A DNA stretch of 64,000 nt from Octopus vulgaris (GCA_951406725.2 OX597818.1:80228001-80292000), one strand, 5' to 3'. Positions 10,651 to 24,700 are shown, counted from the stretch's first letter. A program made the numbers and translations. The notes: a model not told the origin generated them from the sequence alone.

Positions 10651-13600
10651 GATTAAAATAACAAGGTAAAAGTTTTTATTTTCCATTCCTTTTGATGATT
10701 GCTCTTAAATGTGGTTTTGGTCATTTTGACTACTTCTAGCATATAAAAACTGCCCATTGAAGGCAGTTTTCTTTTTTGTTTAAATGTACACTATTTTATA
10801 TTGAGTATATATATATGAACTTCCATACACTTTCTGACCTGGAGTTAAAGTGGACACTAACTCAAGGTAGGACTAAACCCAAAACCACATAGTTACAGAG
10901 AGAGATTCTAAACTACAGAGCCATACCTTGAAGTACAACTATTCTTGAATGAAGCTCTGCCACTAGTTTAAATATACATCATGCACAAGTAGGTAAAATA
11001 TTTTAAGTACTCTCCCACAACGTTTCTAGTTTGGTTATAGCAAGTTGAAGAGTCCAAGTGTTTGGGAAATTTGATGGTTTTCATATAAAGAGCTATTGAT
11101 ATGTCACTGAATTTCCTAAATGCCGTATGTCATTCAATCTACTTAAGATTTAAAACTATGCATTATGATCCAGTGCAATGTGTATGTGTGTCATTTTAAG
11201 ATTTACTTTTCCTTGCTTGCGTGAATCGGACAAACTAAGTTGAGGCAGATTTTCTATAGCTGGATGCTCATCCTGCTGCCAACCCATACCTATTTCCAAA
11301 CAAGGTAACATTTTACCCTAATTTGGACATATTTACATGGGATATTGCTAACAAACAGGAGTACTTGTATGATAGATGTTAGTATGCAATTAGCATGCAA
11401 TGTCAAAACAAGGAGGTAAAAATATATACATGAAGTGGTTGGCATTTGGTTGGGCATCCAGCTGTAAAAAACATGCCAAAACTGACCTAATCTGTGCTGG
11501 TGCCACATAAAAAGCACTCGGCTCACTCTGCAAGGTGGTTAGTGTTAGGAAGGGCATCCAGCTGCAAAAAAAAGCATACCAAAATGGACAGAGGTATGAT
11601 GTAGGCCCATCCAGCTCCTGTCAACCTGTCCAACCCAGCATGGAAGGTCGACATTAAATGATGATGAAGAAAGGCATTTGGCCATAGAAAATTAAACCTC
11701 AGCAAATTCCATCTGACCCGTGCAAGTTTGGAAAAGTGGATGTTAAAATGATGACGATGATATATATAATCACACATAAATATGATTGCTGTTTTTCAGT
11801 TGACACATCACTCACGAAATTGGGTTGAGGCTATAGTAGAAGACACTTGCTCAAGGTGCCCCCACCTCCCACCCTATGTGTGTATGTGTATTTTACACTG
11901 TGTTGTCCAATGCAATATGGTTTGTGAATCTTTAGTCTGTTTCAGCCATTGGACTGCAGCTATGCTAGGACGCTACCATGAAGGGTTTTAGTCGAATGAA
12001 TTGATCCCTGTACATTTTTAAAACCTGGTGCTTGTGCTATTGGTCCCTTTGGTTGAACTGTTAAACAAACCAAAACTGGCCATCAAAAAGTGATGGGGAA
12101 CAAAGACACACACATTGACATACACTTATGTATAAATATGATTTGATTCTTTGAGTTTCCACCTACCAAATCCACTGACATAGCTTTGGTCTGCCCAGAG
12201 CTATAGTGGGATTGAATTCAGAACCATCTGGTCGGGAAGTGAACTTCTTACTTCACCACCATTCCTGCAATGTTTTAAACTGCTGCACATGAAATAACTT
12301 GTTTGATCTGTTCGTCATGGATGTAAGACCATCAGTTAAATCCCTGCCAATATAGTCCCCTCTGTCAGTACACATACAATCTCTTTACCTCTTTTAATAA
12401 AACATACTAACAAAGTATATTTCATTTTCATTTGCCAAAGCAGACATTGAAGACCGATGAAGTCATCAGACTCATTGGATTCTGTTGACCTGTCCAACAG
12501 GTACCAGCAGAAAAGATAAGACATTAAATGATGATGATATTAAAGCTGCACTTGTGCATTTTTCAATTAGCCTTGTATTACTCAAATTAATTTCTAACTT
12601 ATAGACACAGGTATGGCTATGTTGTTATGAAGCTTGCTTCTCAATCATGGATTTGGGTTCAGTTCCATTCTATTGCACAGCACCTTGGGCAAGTGTCTGC
12701 TATAGCCTTAGCCAACCAAAGCTGTGTGAATGGATTTGGTAGGTGGAAACTTAAAGAAGTCTGTTGTGCGTGCATGTGTGTTTATGTGTACCCTTGTTTT
12801 GATATTATGTGATGATTGTAAGTGAGCATCACCATCATACAAGTGATGTCATTCATTTCCTGTCTTCTATGAAAACATATCTGGCCATGGGTTAATATTA
12901 CTTTGCCTGGAAACAGGTGAGGGTTGGTGAAATGAAGGACATATGGTCATAGAAAATCTGCCTCAACAAATTCTGTTTATTCCATGCAAGCATGGAAAAG
13001 TGGACATTAAAATGATGATGATGAGACTGCTAGTCAAAACGTCTCAGTAGGACTTATATATCCACAACTTCAGAAGTTTCTTTCCACCATTGTTTTAAGG
13101 ATCACTCAGCATACTTCAACACATACAGTGGTTTATTATGTGGGATTGTGTGGCAACCTTATGTGTTGTAACTCCATAGTGCAGTTTGTTCTTGTTGGTG
13201 CATAGACCCTGGTTGTAGCTAACCTGTGAAGATGAAAGACATGTTCTCTCTCTTCTTTCTCACTTAACCATGAAATAAAAATTGACCCAATTGCACCATG
13301 TCCCCAGTATAGTAGGAAAAGCCTAAACCAGTGACACCCAACATGGAGCATGGGATCCAAATTTTTTTCTTTTTTTTTTTTTATAGTGGGACGTGGAATT
13401 GAAAATCTTTTTTTGTTTTCTTAGTTGATAATGTACTTCTTTTTTATACTCAATACTTAATAAAAAAAGGTTACCAGTAGATTCTTTCATATTAAATAAT
13501 TGTGATAAAATATTAAAAATAAAGTCGTTTTTTCCCAACTGATGGTGGGCATTTCCCTGGAAAGTTACAGTGGGGTCTAGGGGAAAATAGGTTCAGAAAT

Positions 13601-13970
13601 GTAATCTCTACCAGATTCCCATTAAAGCGCTAATGAACACACTTGTAGAAAAAGAACATAAATATCAAAAATAGAAAACTGATCACATTGCAACATTGTA
13701 GTCAAGTGTGTTTATGACTCCTTGTTAATGGTGTCCCCTGTAACTGGGATTTGCTTTCATTTTTAATTGAAAAAAAAAAAAATGGTGATGAAATGAGTGT
13801 GATGAGCCCATAACTTCATCTGGTAAATGAACAAAACCTAGATTCTTTACAGTTGAGGAAATTGTTAATGATATTTATTCTTTGGATGATGAATTTACAC
13901 TTACAAAGACAATGAGAGTGATTCAGACATTCAAACTAGTGAAAATGATGAGGAAAGTAGCGATTTCAGT

Positions 13971-14143
13971 GAACAAATACAGTAGTTAAAAGACAAGCCT
14001 ATCATTGTTATTCTCCTGAATTTTTTTGTGATTTTGTCATTTGTTTGCTTGCCATGAACAAATATGGTATTTGAGAGATAGGCCTATTATTGTTATTCTT
14101 CTGAATTTTTTTTTTTGCGATTCTGTCAGCTAGTTTGCCTGCA
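13971..14143. repeat. Degenerate two-copy ~86-bp tandem repeat
   Basis: gaacaaata...gcctat.attgttattct.ctgaattttttt...tttgc.tgc twice. Confidence 0.7.
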
Positions 14144-16330
14144 ATTATTATTCTTGAGCTGTGTATGCAACTATTTTTCTTTTACTGAGGAGCCCATATT
14201 GAGGTTAAAGTTAGACACAGGGGCCCAGGTCAGAGATGGTTAAGAAAGGCCTAGTTGCCCTAGACAACATTTGGTCTTGGAAGGTGAAGGGATGGTAATT
14301 GATTGCTATTAAAAAAATGTCATTCCTCTGCTGTTTGGATTCTGCTATAACCATGACACTAGTGTGTCTGGCTCTGTGGTTAAGAACTGTGCTTTGCAAC
14401 TAATTGGATTTGGATTCAGTCCCACTGCTTGGCAAGTGTCTTCTACAGTATCAGGCTATCAAAGCTTTGCAAGTGGATTTGGTAAATGAAACTTGAAGTC
14501 CATCATAAATATATCATCTTCATCATCTGTGTGTGTGTGTATAAAATGTATGTATTGGTGTCTTGTCTTGACATCACATGATGGTTGTACATGAGTGCCA
14601 CTGTCATATAGGCAGTGAGTTTCATTTCTCAATCTTCTTTGAAAACCATGTCTAGTCATGGGAAAAGTCTTACCTTACTTGGAAACAAGTGAAGATTGGC
14701 AACAGAAAGGGCATCTAGCCATAAAATATCTGCCTCTACAAATTCCATCCAACCCATGCAAGGATGGAAAAATGGACAGTAAACCAGTGATGATATACAC
14801 ATATGTACACTGGTGGATGTTAATAAAGGCATGGTTGCTCTCACCTCCCATTTCTCAGTTGTATAAGTGAGAGAAATTGATTGTTCTATGTAGCCAAGTT
14901 TAAAAGCACCTTTTACTTTTTCATTTGTTTGTTTCTGTATTTAAAAGTACATCCTTCATCAGTCTCTAGCTAATTTCTGTTTCTGCTACTGATAACAGTA
15001 AATAACTGAGATAATGGAGAAATCCATTTAATTCAATATCTAAGGCTATAGTTATTTTTTAAAAACTGATATATATATATACATACACAAACACACAGAT
15101 ACATGCATTGTCACTTTCTCTCTCTCACCACATACTCCCATCATTTCAACTAATTCCTAAACAACAAAGAGATACTTGTTGAGAGAAGTAGCTCTTATAC
15201 CAATGCTCTTCGTGTCTCTTATGTATGGGTTTGGCTTTTAAATAAGATATATTTTTTCTTTTTACTGTAAGCACTGTAGAGTCATGTTAAGCTTCCAGTA
15301 AGCTGCATCTGTTATGTAGGTTCACTACCTGGCTAAGCCGTTTATTTATTTTTCACTTACATTCTCTAACTATGCTCCATAGAGCTATTGGAGAGAGACG
15401 AGTACCTGCCTGTTTGATTTAGTCATAAAGAACAATTTTCCTATTCTTTTACTTGTTTGGGCGGGGGGTTTATAGTATTTTTCTTGTGTAGTATATTTGA
15501 ACTTTTGAGTGATAGGCTTAATATGCCTCCACCTGTTTCATGGGTGCCTTTAGCAGGCTTTACTCTGTTGCAAGCAGTGAAACCAGGCTCTTCCTTTCTT
15601 TTCAAACTATGTTTTTCCCTGCTAGCACAGAGATATTCAGTCAGGTTGGGCATCAACTATAACAATCTCACCAATCTGAAGTACCTGCATTTCATGAGCA
15701 TTTTTTCCTCTACCTTCCTCTAATGCCATTATGAAAAAAGGCATTAACAGTTATGAGATCCAATTGTTGTTGAATACTAATTAATGATTAATTAGTTTTA
15801 AAATATCTAATAATTAATGTGAAATTTGTATCTGATAATTATGGATTTTTGATTCAGCTCTGAGCCAAAAGCTTAGAGAGAGGGGAAATATGATACTGTA
15901 TTTGATGGCATATGAGATGTCATTACCAAAAAAAAAAAAAAAAGAAGCATCCTCTTTACCCCTGCTTTAGTACACTAAAATTTTTTCTGAATATGTGCTG
16001 CTGAAATTGTAGTGTGCATAATATTCTCGTGCATTTTTTTTACCATCAAGTATTGTAGTTCTTTCACAAGACTATTGGTTGCACATTTGAAAAGAATAGG
16101 ATTTCAGTGAGACACGGAAGTTTACTTTCAAACTGCACACGACACTACTGTTTTTGTTAGTTATAAATGACAATTACTCTGTTTTAATGTAAAGAGTAGC
16201 ACAAATTTAGAGGAAGAGGAAATTTAATTTTTTCTAATATTTGACTATTAACCCATCCTCAAAGGATGAAAGATAAAGCTAACCTTAGGAGAATTTCAAC
16301 TTAGAATATAAAGGATACTAACTAAAAATA

Positions 16331-16576
16331 TTTCATTTTTGGATTTGGTTTGCAAGATTCTTTATGTGAGTTTGTGTGTTGAAGCATATTCTGTTGTGTC
16401 TGGGGAGAGTCATTCTCTTTTAGTGCCTTTTAATTTAACACATTCACCAGTTCAAAAGGTTGCAAGATGCAACGAAAATTTTAGAAAAATATATAAGTAA
16501 ATGAGTGGAAACTTTACCTGTGAGTGTGTTAAATTATAAGGCACTAAAAGAAAATGACTCTCTCCAGACAACAGAA
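16331..16576. mobile_element. Inverted-repeat insertion with 12-bp flanking direct repeat
   Basis: ~60-bp arms 16387-16447 and 16520-16578; TAACTAAAAATA at 16319-16330 and 16577-16588. Confidence 0.65.
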
Positions 16577-19500
16577 TAACTAAAAATACTGTAACCCTTT
16601 AGTATACAGATTACTCAGTCAAATGTAATGCTTATTTCTTCACATCATTTAAAATTAATCCTGCATTTTCTTGTAGGTTAAGTGTAAAAAGTTGGATCTG
16701 GTCATTTTGAACATAAAACAGGTGAAATATTTGGGCCTGATGTGGCTGGCTTAAACATGAGATGAACAGAGTATTTGGGTCAGATATGGCCCGTTCAAAT
16801 ACTAAAGGGCTAAAACTTTTTGTTCAGTGCCCCACTAATTTTAATTGCTTACACAGGTACAAGCTCACACTGGTAATTTAATTTGACTCAAGGTTCAAAA
16901 GCAAAGTTAACAGAATTTGAACTCAGAACAATATAACTAAATGATGAAAGTGTTTTGTCTGCTGGTTAATTGATTCTTTCATATAGGCACAAGGCCACAG
17001 TTTTGAGAGGAGAGAAGCTGTAGTCAACTCAGTGGCAATTAAACTTGGATTGAGTTTAAAATCAGAGTGCAATGAAATGTCACTCTCGACTGTCTTTATA
17101 TAAAAAATGAGATGGTCAAAACCATGTGATTGAATTTTGAAGAAACTGAAAGAAGTGTTGTGTTTTATCATTATAATCATTTTACCACCAAGTTTTCCTT
17201 TGTTTGCTATCCCTCACCTGTTATCAAGCAAGGTGATATTTTCCTATCCTTATACATGTCTCATGGAAGACTGGAAACAAATTCACTTATATGACTGATA
17301 TTTGCTTACAACCATCATATGATGTCAAGACATGAGTGCGCACGCGTGCACACACACACACGGGACAGCTTTTTTGTTTTTCCATCAACCAAATCCACTC
17401 ACAAGGGTTTTTATTGGCCTGAGGTTAAAGTAAAAGACACTTGTCCAAAGTGTTGTCCAATGGAACTGAACCTAAAACTATGTGGTTCCAAAGGAAACCT
17501 CTTAACCACACAGTTTTGGAGGCATAGAAAGGAGTATGTGACACTGACAACTGGAAATAACTGGACGATATCAGTATCTGTTGCTCTCACATCTGGGGCG
17601 ATTTTGTTTCACCTTTGAAGTATGCTGTGTTTTTTTTTAACACTATATGTCTTTAAAGGCATCTCCCCTGGATGAAATACTGAAGCTTTCTAGTGTTTAA
17701 CAACACACTCTTTAAATATTGATATTGATAATGTGTGTGTTTGACGTGTATGTGTTTACACCTCATCTTGACATGGCTGGATAGTTGTAAAAGAGTGACA
17801 CCATTACATAAGCAAGGTTATTTCTTTCCAATTTCCCATCAAAACATGTCTGTTTCATCATCATGTAGCATCTGCTTTCCATGCTGGCAAGGGTTAATTT
17901 GACTGAAACTTGTAAGCTGGAGAGCTGCACCAAGTTCCAGTCGGATTTGGCATGGTTTCTATGGATGCCCTTCTTGATGTTTGTGAGGAAATATTACTCT
18001 GTTTGAAAACAAGTGAGAGTTGGTGAATGGAATGGTGTCCAGCCTTAGAAAATATGCCTTGAGACATTCTGGCTGACCTACACAAGCATAGAAAAGTGAA
18101 TGTTAAAACGATGTGAGTAATGATGGGTCTAAGCAAAGATCTTAGCTAAAGAGTCCTGAGGTTACAGACTTTACTCATTGCAAATTGTTTATTGGATGTT
18201 TTAAAGCTAAAGATAGCTTTGTTGTGAAATATCTTTATTCACTGGGATTGTTCACTGCTGTGATCTAAGCTATTAATTTCTGAATAGACTACATCCACTG
18301 GGATTGTTTGTTATTAATGATGAACATTCATTACTACCTATCCTAGATCTTGGTCTACATATATTCTTATTAATCAAACTAAGCCAGAATGTCTGTAATT
18401 GGCAGAAACAGGCTCAGACACACGCAGATAAGTAAATTGTAAATGCTTGATGTGTGTTGTTGTTTAGCCCTTGGTTAATCTAGAATTGAGTAGGCCTATG
18501 ATCAGGCAATCTAGCCATGGTTTCCCTGTCTATTTGTAAACAACATGTCCTAGACTATTCTCAAAATTGTCCTTTTTTTTTTAAGATGGTAGGTTGTGTG
18601 TGTGAGTGAGTATTAACTCTTTTTAAAATTTTTTTTACCATATTTCTGTTGAAATACATTGCTTTTGTTTCTATTAATTTATAAGATAATGGAGAATTTA
18701 GTAAAATAATTTTATCACTGTTGAGCTGCCATGACAAATTTGTCCAGAAGGTAATAGCACCAGATCCTCCCTTGAGTTTAAGCAGAGAGGTGGTCAGCTG
18801 ATGTGGCTCATGACAATCAAAGCAGATATGGAAATTGTTTTTAAGAATCCATCAGGAAAATGTAATGATGATTACCTCTGGACTTTATGAAGGGGTGCCT
18901 GAGGACAGTATTCCCATGACTATTCTCAGGAATAGTGGGTGGCAAAAATAGGTGGATGGATGGATAAAAATTGAAAATGATGGTGGATATGGTCAAATAA
19001 TTTACTTATAGAAATTGTATTTGTTTTGACTCTTTACATTGAGTTCAGATCCAGCCAAAGTCAACTTTAGCTTTAATCTTTCTGAGGTTGATTAAAATAT
19101 AGTACTAGGTAAATACCAGGGGTTTATATAATCACCTGCCAACTCCCTCCCAATATCTGACCTTGTGTTTGTTAGAAACAATTATTCTTGCCATTATTTT
19201 ATTCTTTTATCTTTTACTTGTTTCAGTTATTGAGGGACACTGGTTTGAAGGGTTTTAGTCAAACAAATTGACCCCCAGTACTTATTTTTTTAAGTTTGGT
19301 ATCTTTTGCTGAACTGCTAAGTTACAGAGACATAAACATACCATCAATTGTCAAACTGTGGGGGTGACTAACATAGAGACACACACACACAAATATATAT
19401 ATGATTGGCTACCACATAGTTTCTGTCTACCAAATTCACTCACAAGGCATTAGTTGGCCCAGGGCTAGTAGAAAACACTTAGTTGCAAAACAAACTTCTT

Positions 19501-19611
19501 AACTACACAGCCATTCCTGCTTATTAAAATTGTCTTTGTTCGGGCTCTTTGTTCTTAGTTCAGGACCTTACCATGGTCAACTTTTTCATTCTTCTGGTGG
19601 GGTCATTATAA

Positions 19612-19841
19612 TTAACCCTTTTGATACCAACCCACCTGAGACTGCCTCTGGCTCTGTAGTACGAATGTCTTGTTTTCAAAAGTTCTCAATTAAAATCATC
19701 CACCAAACGTTAATCACAATTTATGTTCCTAACACTAGCTGAATGGTAACTAAGTTATTTTACTAAATACTTTGTTATATTTAAAATTAATTGAAAGAAA
19801 CACAGAGCATCTCAACAGAAGTATGGTAACAAAAGGTTTAA
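19612..19841. mobile_element. Second TTAA MITE family
   Basis: TTAA-cccttttgatacc ... ggtaacaaaagg-tTTAA; interrupted relative at 30276-30802. Confidence 0.7.
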
Positions 19842-20087
19842 ACACTTCACTACAACCCACAAATTTCTAGCCATGTATCTTTATTAGAAACAATTATTCT
19901 TTTCATGTCCACAACTGTTAACAAAGTTCATAATGGCCAACTCATTAGGTCTTACACTTGAATCTACAGTATGTGTGAAATCAATAACAAACACTCTACA
20001 TCAGTCGTGAGGAAACTGTAATCCATAGGACTTTCTGACTGGCACACCTAACAAAAGAATTACCTTGAATATTTTTTTTTTAGTATT

Positions 20088-20155
20088 GCAGTTTGCCTGA
20101 TGATGAGCTATGTCTCATGTGGCCTACTTCTTGAAACAAAATTGTCCATGCCTGC
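20088..20155 (+). ncRNA. Degenerate hammerhead ribozyme motif
   Basis: CTGATGA(20097-20103), imperfect hairpin, GAAAC-AAAATT-GTC(20133-20146); stem I only partial (GCAG/CTGC). Confidence 0.5.
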
Positions 20156-22658
20156 TCTTTATGGTTGTTTGATTTGCTAGAAATAGTAGCCAGATTTCCC
20201 ACTAAGTCACACCTCAGTATTTAAAAACAACACAAAATAAGGTAGTCCTGACATCCCTGAAAGAATGTGGTCATAATTGCTAGCATGCCTGTTTTGATCA
20301 TAAATCTGTTGGATTAGGTTTCATCTGGACTAAACAATAACTGCTGACGGTTTAATTATCTCAACAGGACACTTATTCTGCATTGTATCAGTTCATGTTG
20401 CCATTGAAGAAATAGATAACAAAAATTACCTGTGAGTGTTTTTCTAGATTGACTGTGTCCTATATCTATACAGGAGTGGCACATACATTATTGCATCAAG
20501 GCACATGCGTGTCTGTGTTGTAAGAATTTTGCTTCCTAACCATATAGTCTTGGGTTCAGTCTAATGTGTGGCATCTTGAGCAAATGTTTTCTACTATAGC
20601 CCTGGTATGACAAAAGTCTTGTGAGTGAATTTGGTAGACAGAAACTGAAAGAATCCCATTGTGTGTGTGTGTGTGTGTGTGTTACTGTCTTCCCAGTCTT
20701 CTGTGAAAACATGTCTGATCATGGAGAAATGTTACCCCACCGGGAATACTTTGGCCAGATATACATATGTGCAGTACTATTCACGTGGCAAGTTTTCTAC
20801 AGCCGGATGACCAGCCAGTTTAAATACCAAAGGGTTAAAAAGACAGCCAAAGGGTGTAAGAAGTAGCTTTTTTCTAATGACAAGTTAGAAACTATATAAA
20901 AATACATATATATAAATGTTGAGCTGAATGTCTGGAATCTGACTTTAAGCTAGCTTATCTACCAAAGTGACATGTTTATCAGCACCACCCTTGGAAGATA
21001 ACCACAATAGTTTCGGAATATTTGTCATCACCACCACCACCATCCATCATCATCATTGTAGAAATATTCCTCAGCATGTCATTGTAGTTATCATTACCAA
21101 GTTATATATCCATCCTTCTAGTACCACTATGTCTATTGTGTAATTGTTATTTAGTTGAACAAATGGTCCATGCATTTTTCGTACTCTACCTCCTCTGATC
21201 ACCTAAAAACAAAATGAAAAAGTCATTTCACCTGTCTACTATAACTTGATCTGTTACAGTAGGTATCAAATTTCAATGTGCTACTGTGTCTCGAGAGGAG
21301 AAAATGTTTTTTGCTTCCCTCAAATTATTGTCAATTAATGTCCACTTTTCCAAGCTTCCATTGATCAGTTGGAATTTGTTGAGGTTGATTTTTCAATGGC
21401 TGGATGCTCTTCCTGTCACTTGTATGAAAGTAATGCTCATTTACAATCATTATTTGATGGCAAGACAAAGGTGTAGACTCTCTCTTTCTCTCTCTTTCAT
21501 ACACACCCGCATGATTGCATTTCTGTTTCCATCTACCAAACCCACTCACAAGGCTTTGGTCAGTTGAAGGCTATAGTGGAAAATACTTGCCCAAAATGCC
21601 ATGGTTGAGAAGCAAGCTTCTTAACCACACAGCCATGCCTGCATGTTGGATCAAAATGGTACTGGACTCATGACTCGAGTTAACTCCTTATGTACAAAAA
21701 TGTCACAGCAGCAGTTTATTAGTTAGGTTGTATCTTAGATACACAAGCCTAACTCTCTTATATATTTTAACATTTAGAAAAGGGTTAGGATTACAACTTT
21801 GGTTATCTTTCTACTAATTCTGGTGACAGCCAATGTAATGAGATAGTGGGAACATGTAGATGCTACTGCTCCTACTATTGCCATTCTTGAAGAAAGTCAA
21901 GCAAATATTTGAGTGCTATCTGTAAGTGCAGTGCCTATGTCTGCCTTAAGTCAGGTCTACAACTAGAGTATGCATAATATTGTGCAGTAGTATTATGCAC
22001 TAGCAAGTTGTGTTGGTGTTGTACAGGAGTGCAGTGGATAATCTTACAATTCTATTGTAAAATATACCAATCTTCAATCTGGTTTGACACCACAATTGAG
22101 TAGTTGTGGTAATAGTATGGACTACATTTTGATAGCTATCAGGGTATATAGTATGGAGGAAAGCAGTGTATACAACTAAAGATTTGTCAATTTGGATATG
22201 CCATGCTTCAGTGAAGCTACATTATGCTGTTTATATTACTTTGCTGGTTGGCGAAGGAAATTGTACCTTGTATGTGTGTGGTGCAGTGACACAAATTATT
22301 GTAAAAAACAATGGAATTTGGCTCGCTGTGGACCAAATGTTATATGCGGATTTTGAGGACTGCCATGTTTGCAGCTACTCAGCAACAGTAAACTAGCAAT
22401 ACATCATTTTCATTTCATGATAGTCTGTCATCATTAACAGGTATGACTAACTGACTGTCTAACATCCAGGTGTTTGGTAAATTTGGTAAAGCTAAATTTT
22501 GTCTCGTATGACACCATGTTGCCCTCTTCCTTTTAGACTCTCTTTCTCTCTCTTTCCTTCCCTACCCTCCTCTTCTTTCTGTCCAAAGTAGACTATGATA
22601 TTGAAGTATTTCTGATATTCTCTTTGTTGCGACAACTTGTATATTATTAAATTTTTGG

Positions 22659-22702
<44 letters not shown>

Positions 22703-23976
22703 CTCTGCTTTCCTCATAGTTGTTATATTTATGCTGTATTATTATATCCACTCTTTATAATTAAGCCAGTCAGACCCCCTGTCCTCTTCTCTCTCTCTCT
22801 CTCTCTCCTACTCCTGTCACTCCCTCATTTGTAATTAGAAGAAGTGTTTTGTTGTCAGTCTTCATGTAATGAGCCATGACTTGGAATTTTCTTATAATTT
22901 TGTGTTGGAAATGTAATCAGTCTGTGCTGTGTGTGTGTGTGTTTGTGTGTGTCTTTTGTAGTCTCACATGTACATAATGTGTATTAGTAATTACTTGTCA
23001 TCCCACACATATATTGTGTCTTTTGTGGTCCTGCATGCACTTTGTAGTCTCACATGTACATAGTATGTATTAGTATCCTTTTCTGATCCTACACACACAT
23101 GGTATCATTTGTAGTCCTACAGGTTCATAGTGTGTGTTAGTATGAGGTGTAGTCTTACATTTACATGACACAGTTTTAGTTGAGTTATTATTAAATATAT
23201 GTATTGTCTTGTACATTTTTCTTTTCATCTCTGCTATAACTACTTTTTAAAGATCAGGATAGTGTGTAGAGCACTGGTTAACTGAATGATTAGCATATTT
23301 TGATGACATGGAAAATACACTTTTCTTTTTTTCATTGCAAAACAAACAGAAAAAAAAAGGACTTGAAAATTACCATACATCTTTCATGATGCTAGTTGAG
23401 TTGTAGCTTTCTTAGGGTTAACTGATGTCAACCTTTATGTAGATTTAATGGCTGTCAGCAGTGTCAGATATGGTATGATCATCATCATGGTGTGTGTCAC
23501 ATGAATAATCACAGGACAGTGAAAGTGATGAGTCTTGTGTTGTGTACTACAATAATTCTTGGCATAATAGGTGGCCATTGTGTGGTGATTTTGCTCAATG
23601 ACAGTGGGCATAAGCATTCTGTTGGCTTACCCTCACTAATAATTTTGTCTGATAATAGGCATTTAGGGCATACCTACTGGACACTGTCTAGTCATATATT
23701 GGCAAATATAAAAAGATTTTTTTCCTAAAATTAGATTTTTGAAATCAGGGTGTGTCTTCCACAATGCAGCATTTACCATGCTGCAAAATATGGTACACAG
23801 AATTCCCTTGACATGCTATACAAGATTGTGGTATGGTAACATAGAGAAGGTACATCTGGTAGATGACATTTCCAACATCAATTTGTGTATATTTATCTGT
23901 GTGTATGTGTGTACACACATATGTGTATGTATTCTATATATATTTATTTATATGTATTCTCTTTCTTCCCATCTAG

Positions 23977-24040
23977 CTGAAGATAATATCAAATTTCATC
24001 ATCCATGCTCCTCCTGGAGAGTTCAATGAAGTTTTCAATG
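23977..24040 (+). CDS. CAPZA: CAPZA exon 2 (LKIISNFIIHAPPGEFNEVFN)
   Basis: Diagnostic HAPPGEFNEVFN motif; polypyrimidine tract + ctag acceptor; gtatgt donor; 64 nt. Confidence 0.97.
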
Positions 24041-24317
24041 GTATGTTAAATATTTTTCTTCAATTCTTTCTTTCCTTCATCTATGCATGACCTGTTCAGA
24101 GAGTTCATTCCATATTTCATTTTGCCCTGTCTGTACTACTACCCCATTCTATTTAGTGGGTTTTTGCTATCATTTGTTATCTTTGGACTAGTTACTTAAA
24201 TTTTTAACATTTCTCACTTTCCATATATTTTTTGAGGAAAATATGTACTTGACTTTTTCTGAGTGAAGTTTACTTGAAATAGTCCAGCAGTCTATCCTTG
24301 AAAGGTTTAACTTTTTA

Positions 24318-24700
24318 TGTACCGGTGGCATGTAAAAAGCACCATTCGAGCGTGATCGTTACCAGCGTCGCCTTGCTGGCACTTGTGCTGGTGGTATGTG
24401 AAAAAACAATCGAGCGAGGTCATTGCCAGTGCCGATGGACTGGCTCCTATGCAGGTGGCACATAAAAAACACCATTTGAGCGTGGCCATTGCCAGTACTG
24501 CCTGACTGGCCCTCATGCTGGTAGCACATAAAAGCACCCACTACACTCTCGGAGTGGTTGGTGTTAGGAAGGGCATCCAACTGTAGAAACTGCCAGATCA
24601 GATTGGAGCCTGGTGCAGCCATCTGGTTCACCAGTCCTCAGTCAAATCGTCCAACCCATGCCAGCATGGAAAGCAGACATTTAAATGATGTTGATGATGA
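24318..24700 (+). mobile_element. RTE 3' UTR/tail fragment with hairpin repeats
   Basis: Homologous to 8839-9218 (ggtggcacataaaaa units; ggaagggcatcc...catggaaag..ttaaatgatg). Confidence 0.8.

Larger units (their letters stand above)
10193..10805. mobile_element. Long palindromic element made of two inverted hammerhead-bearing units (Penelope-like pLTR type)
   Basis: Core arms 10214-10476 and 10492-10754 are reverse complements with scattered mismatches around a 15-nt spacer; outer extensions to 10193 and 10805. Confidence 0.85.

Noticed and set aside
15300-15723. Possible Penelope GIY-YIG ORF remnant (CYVGS)
   Set aside because: Only a 3-4 residue match; cannot be supported
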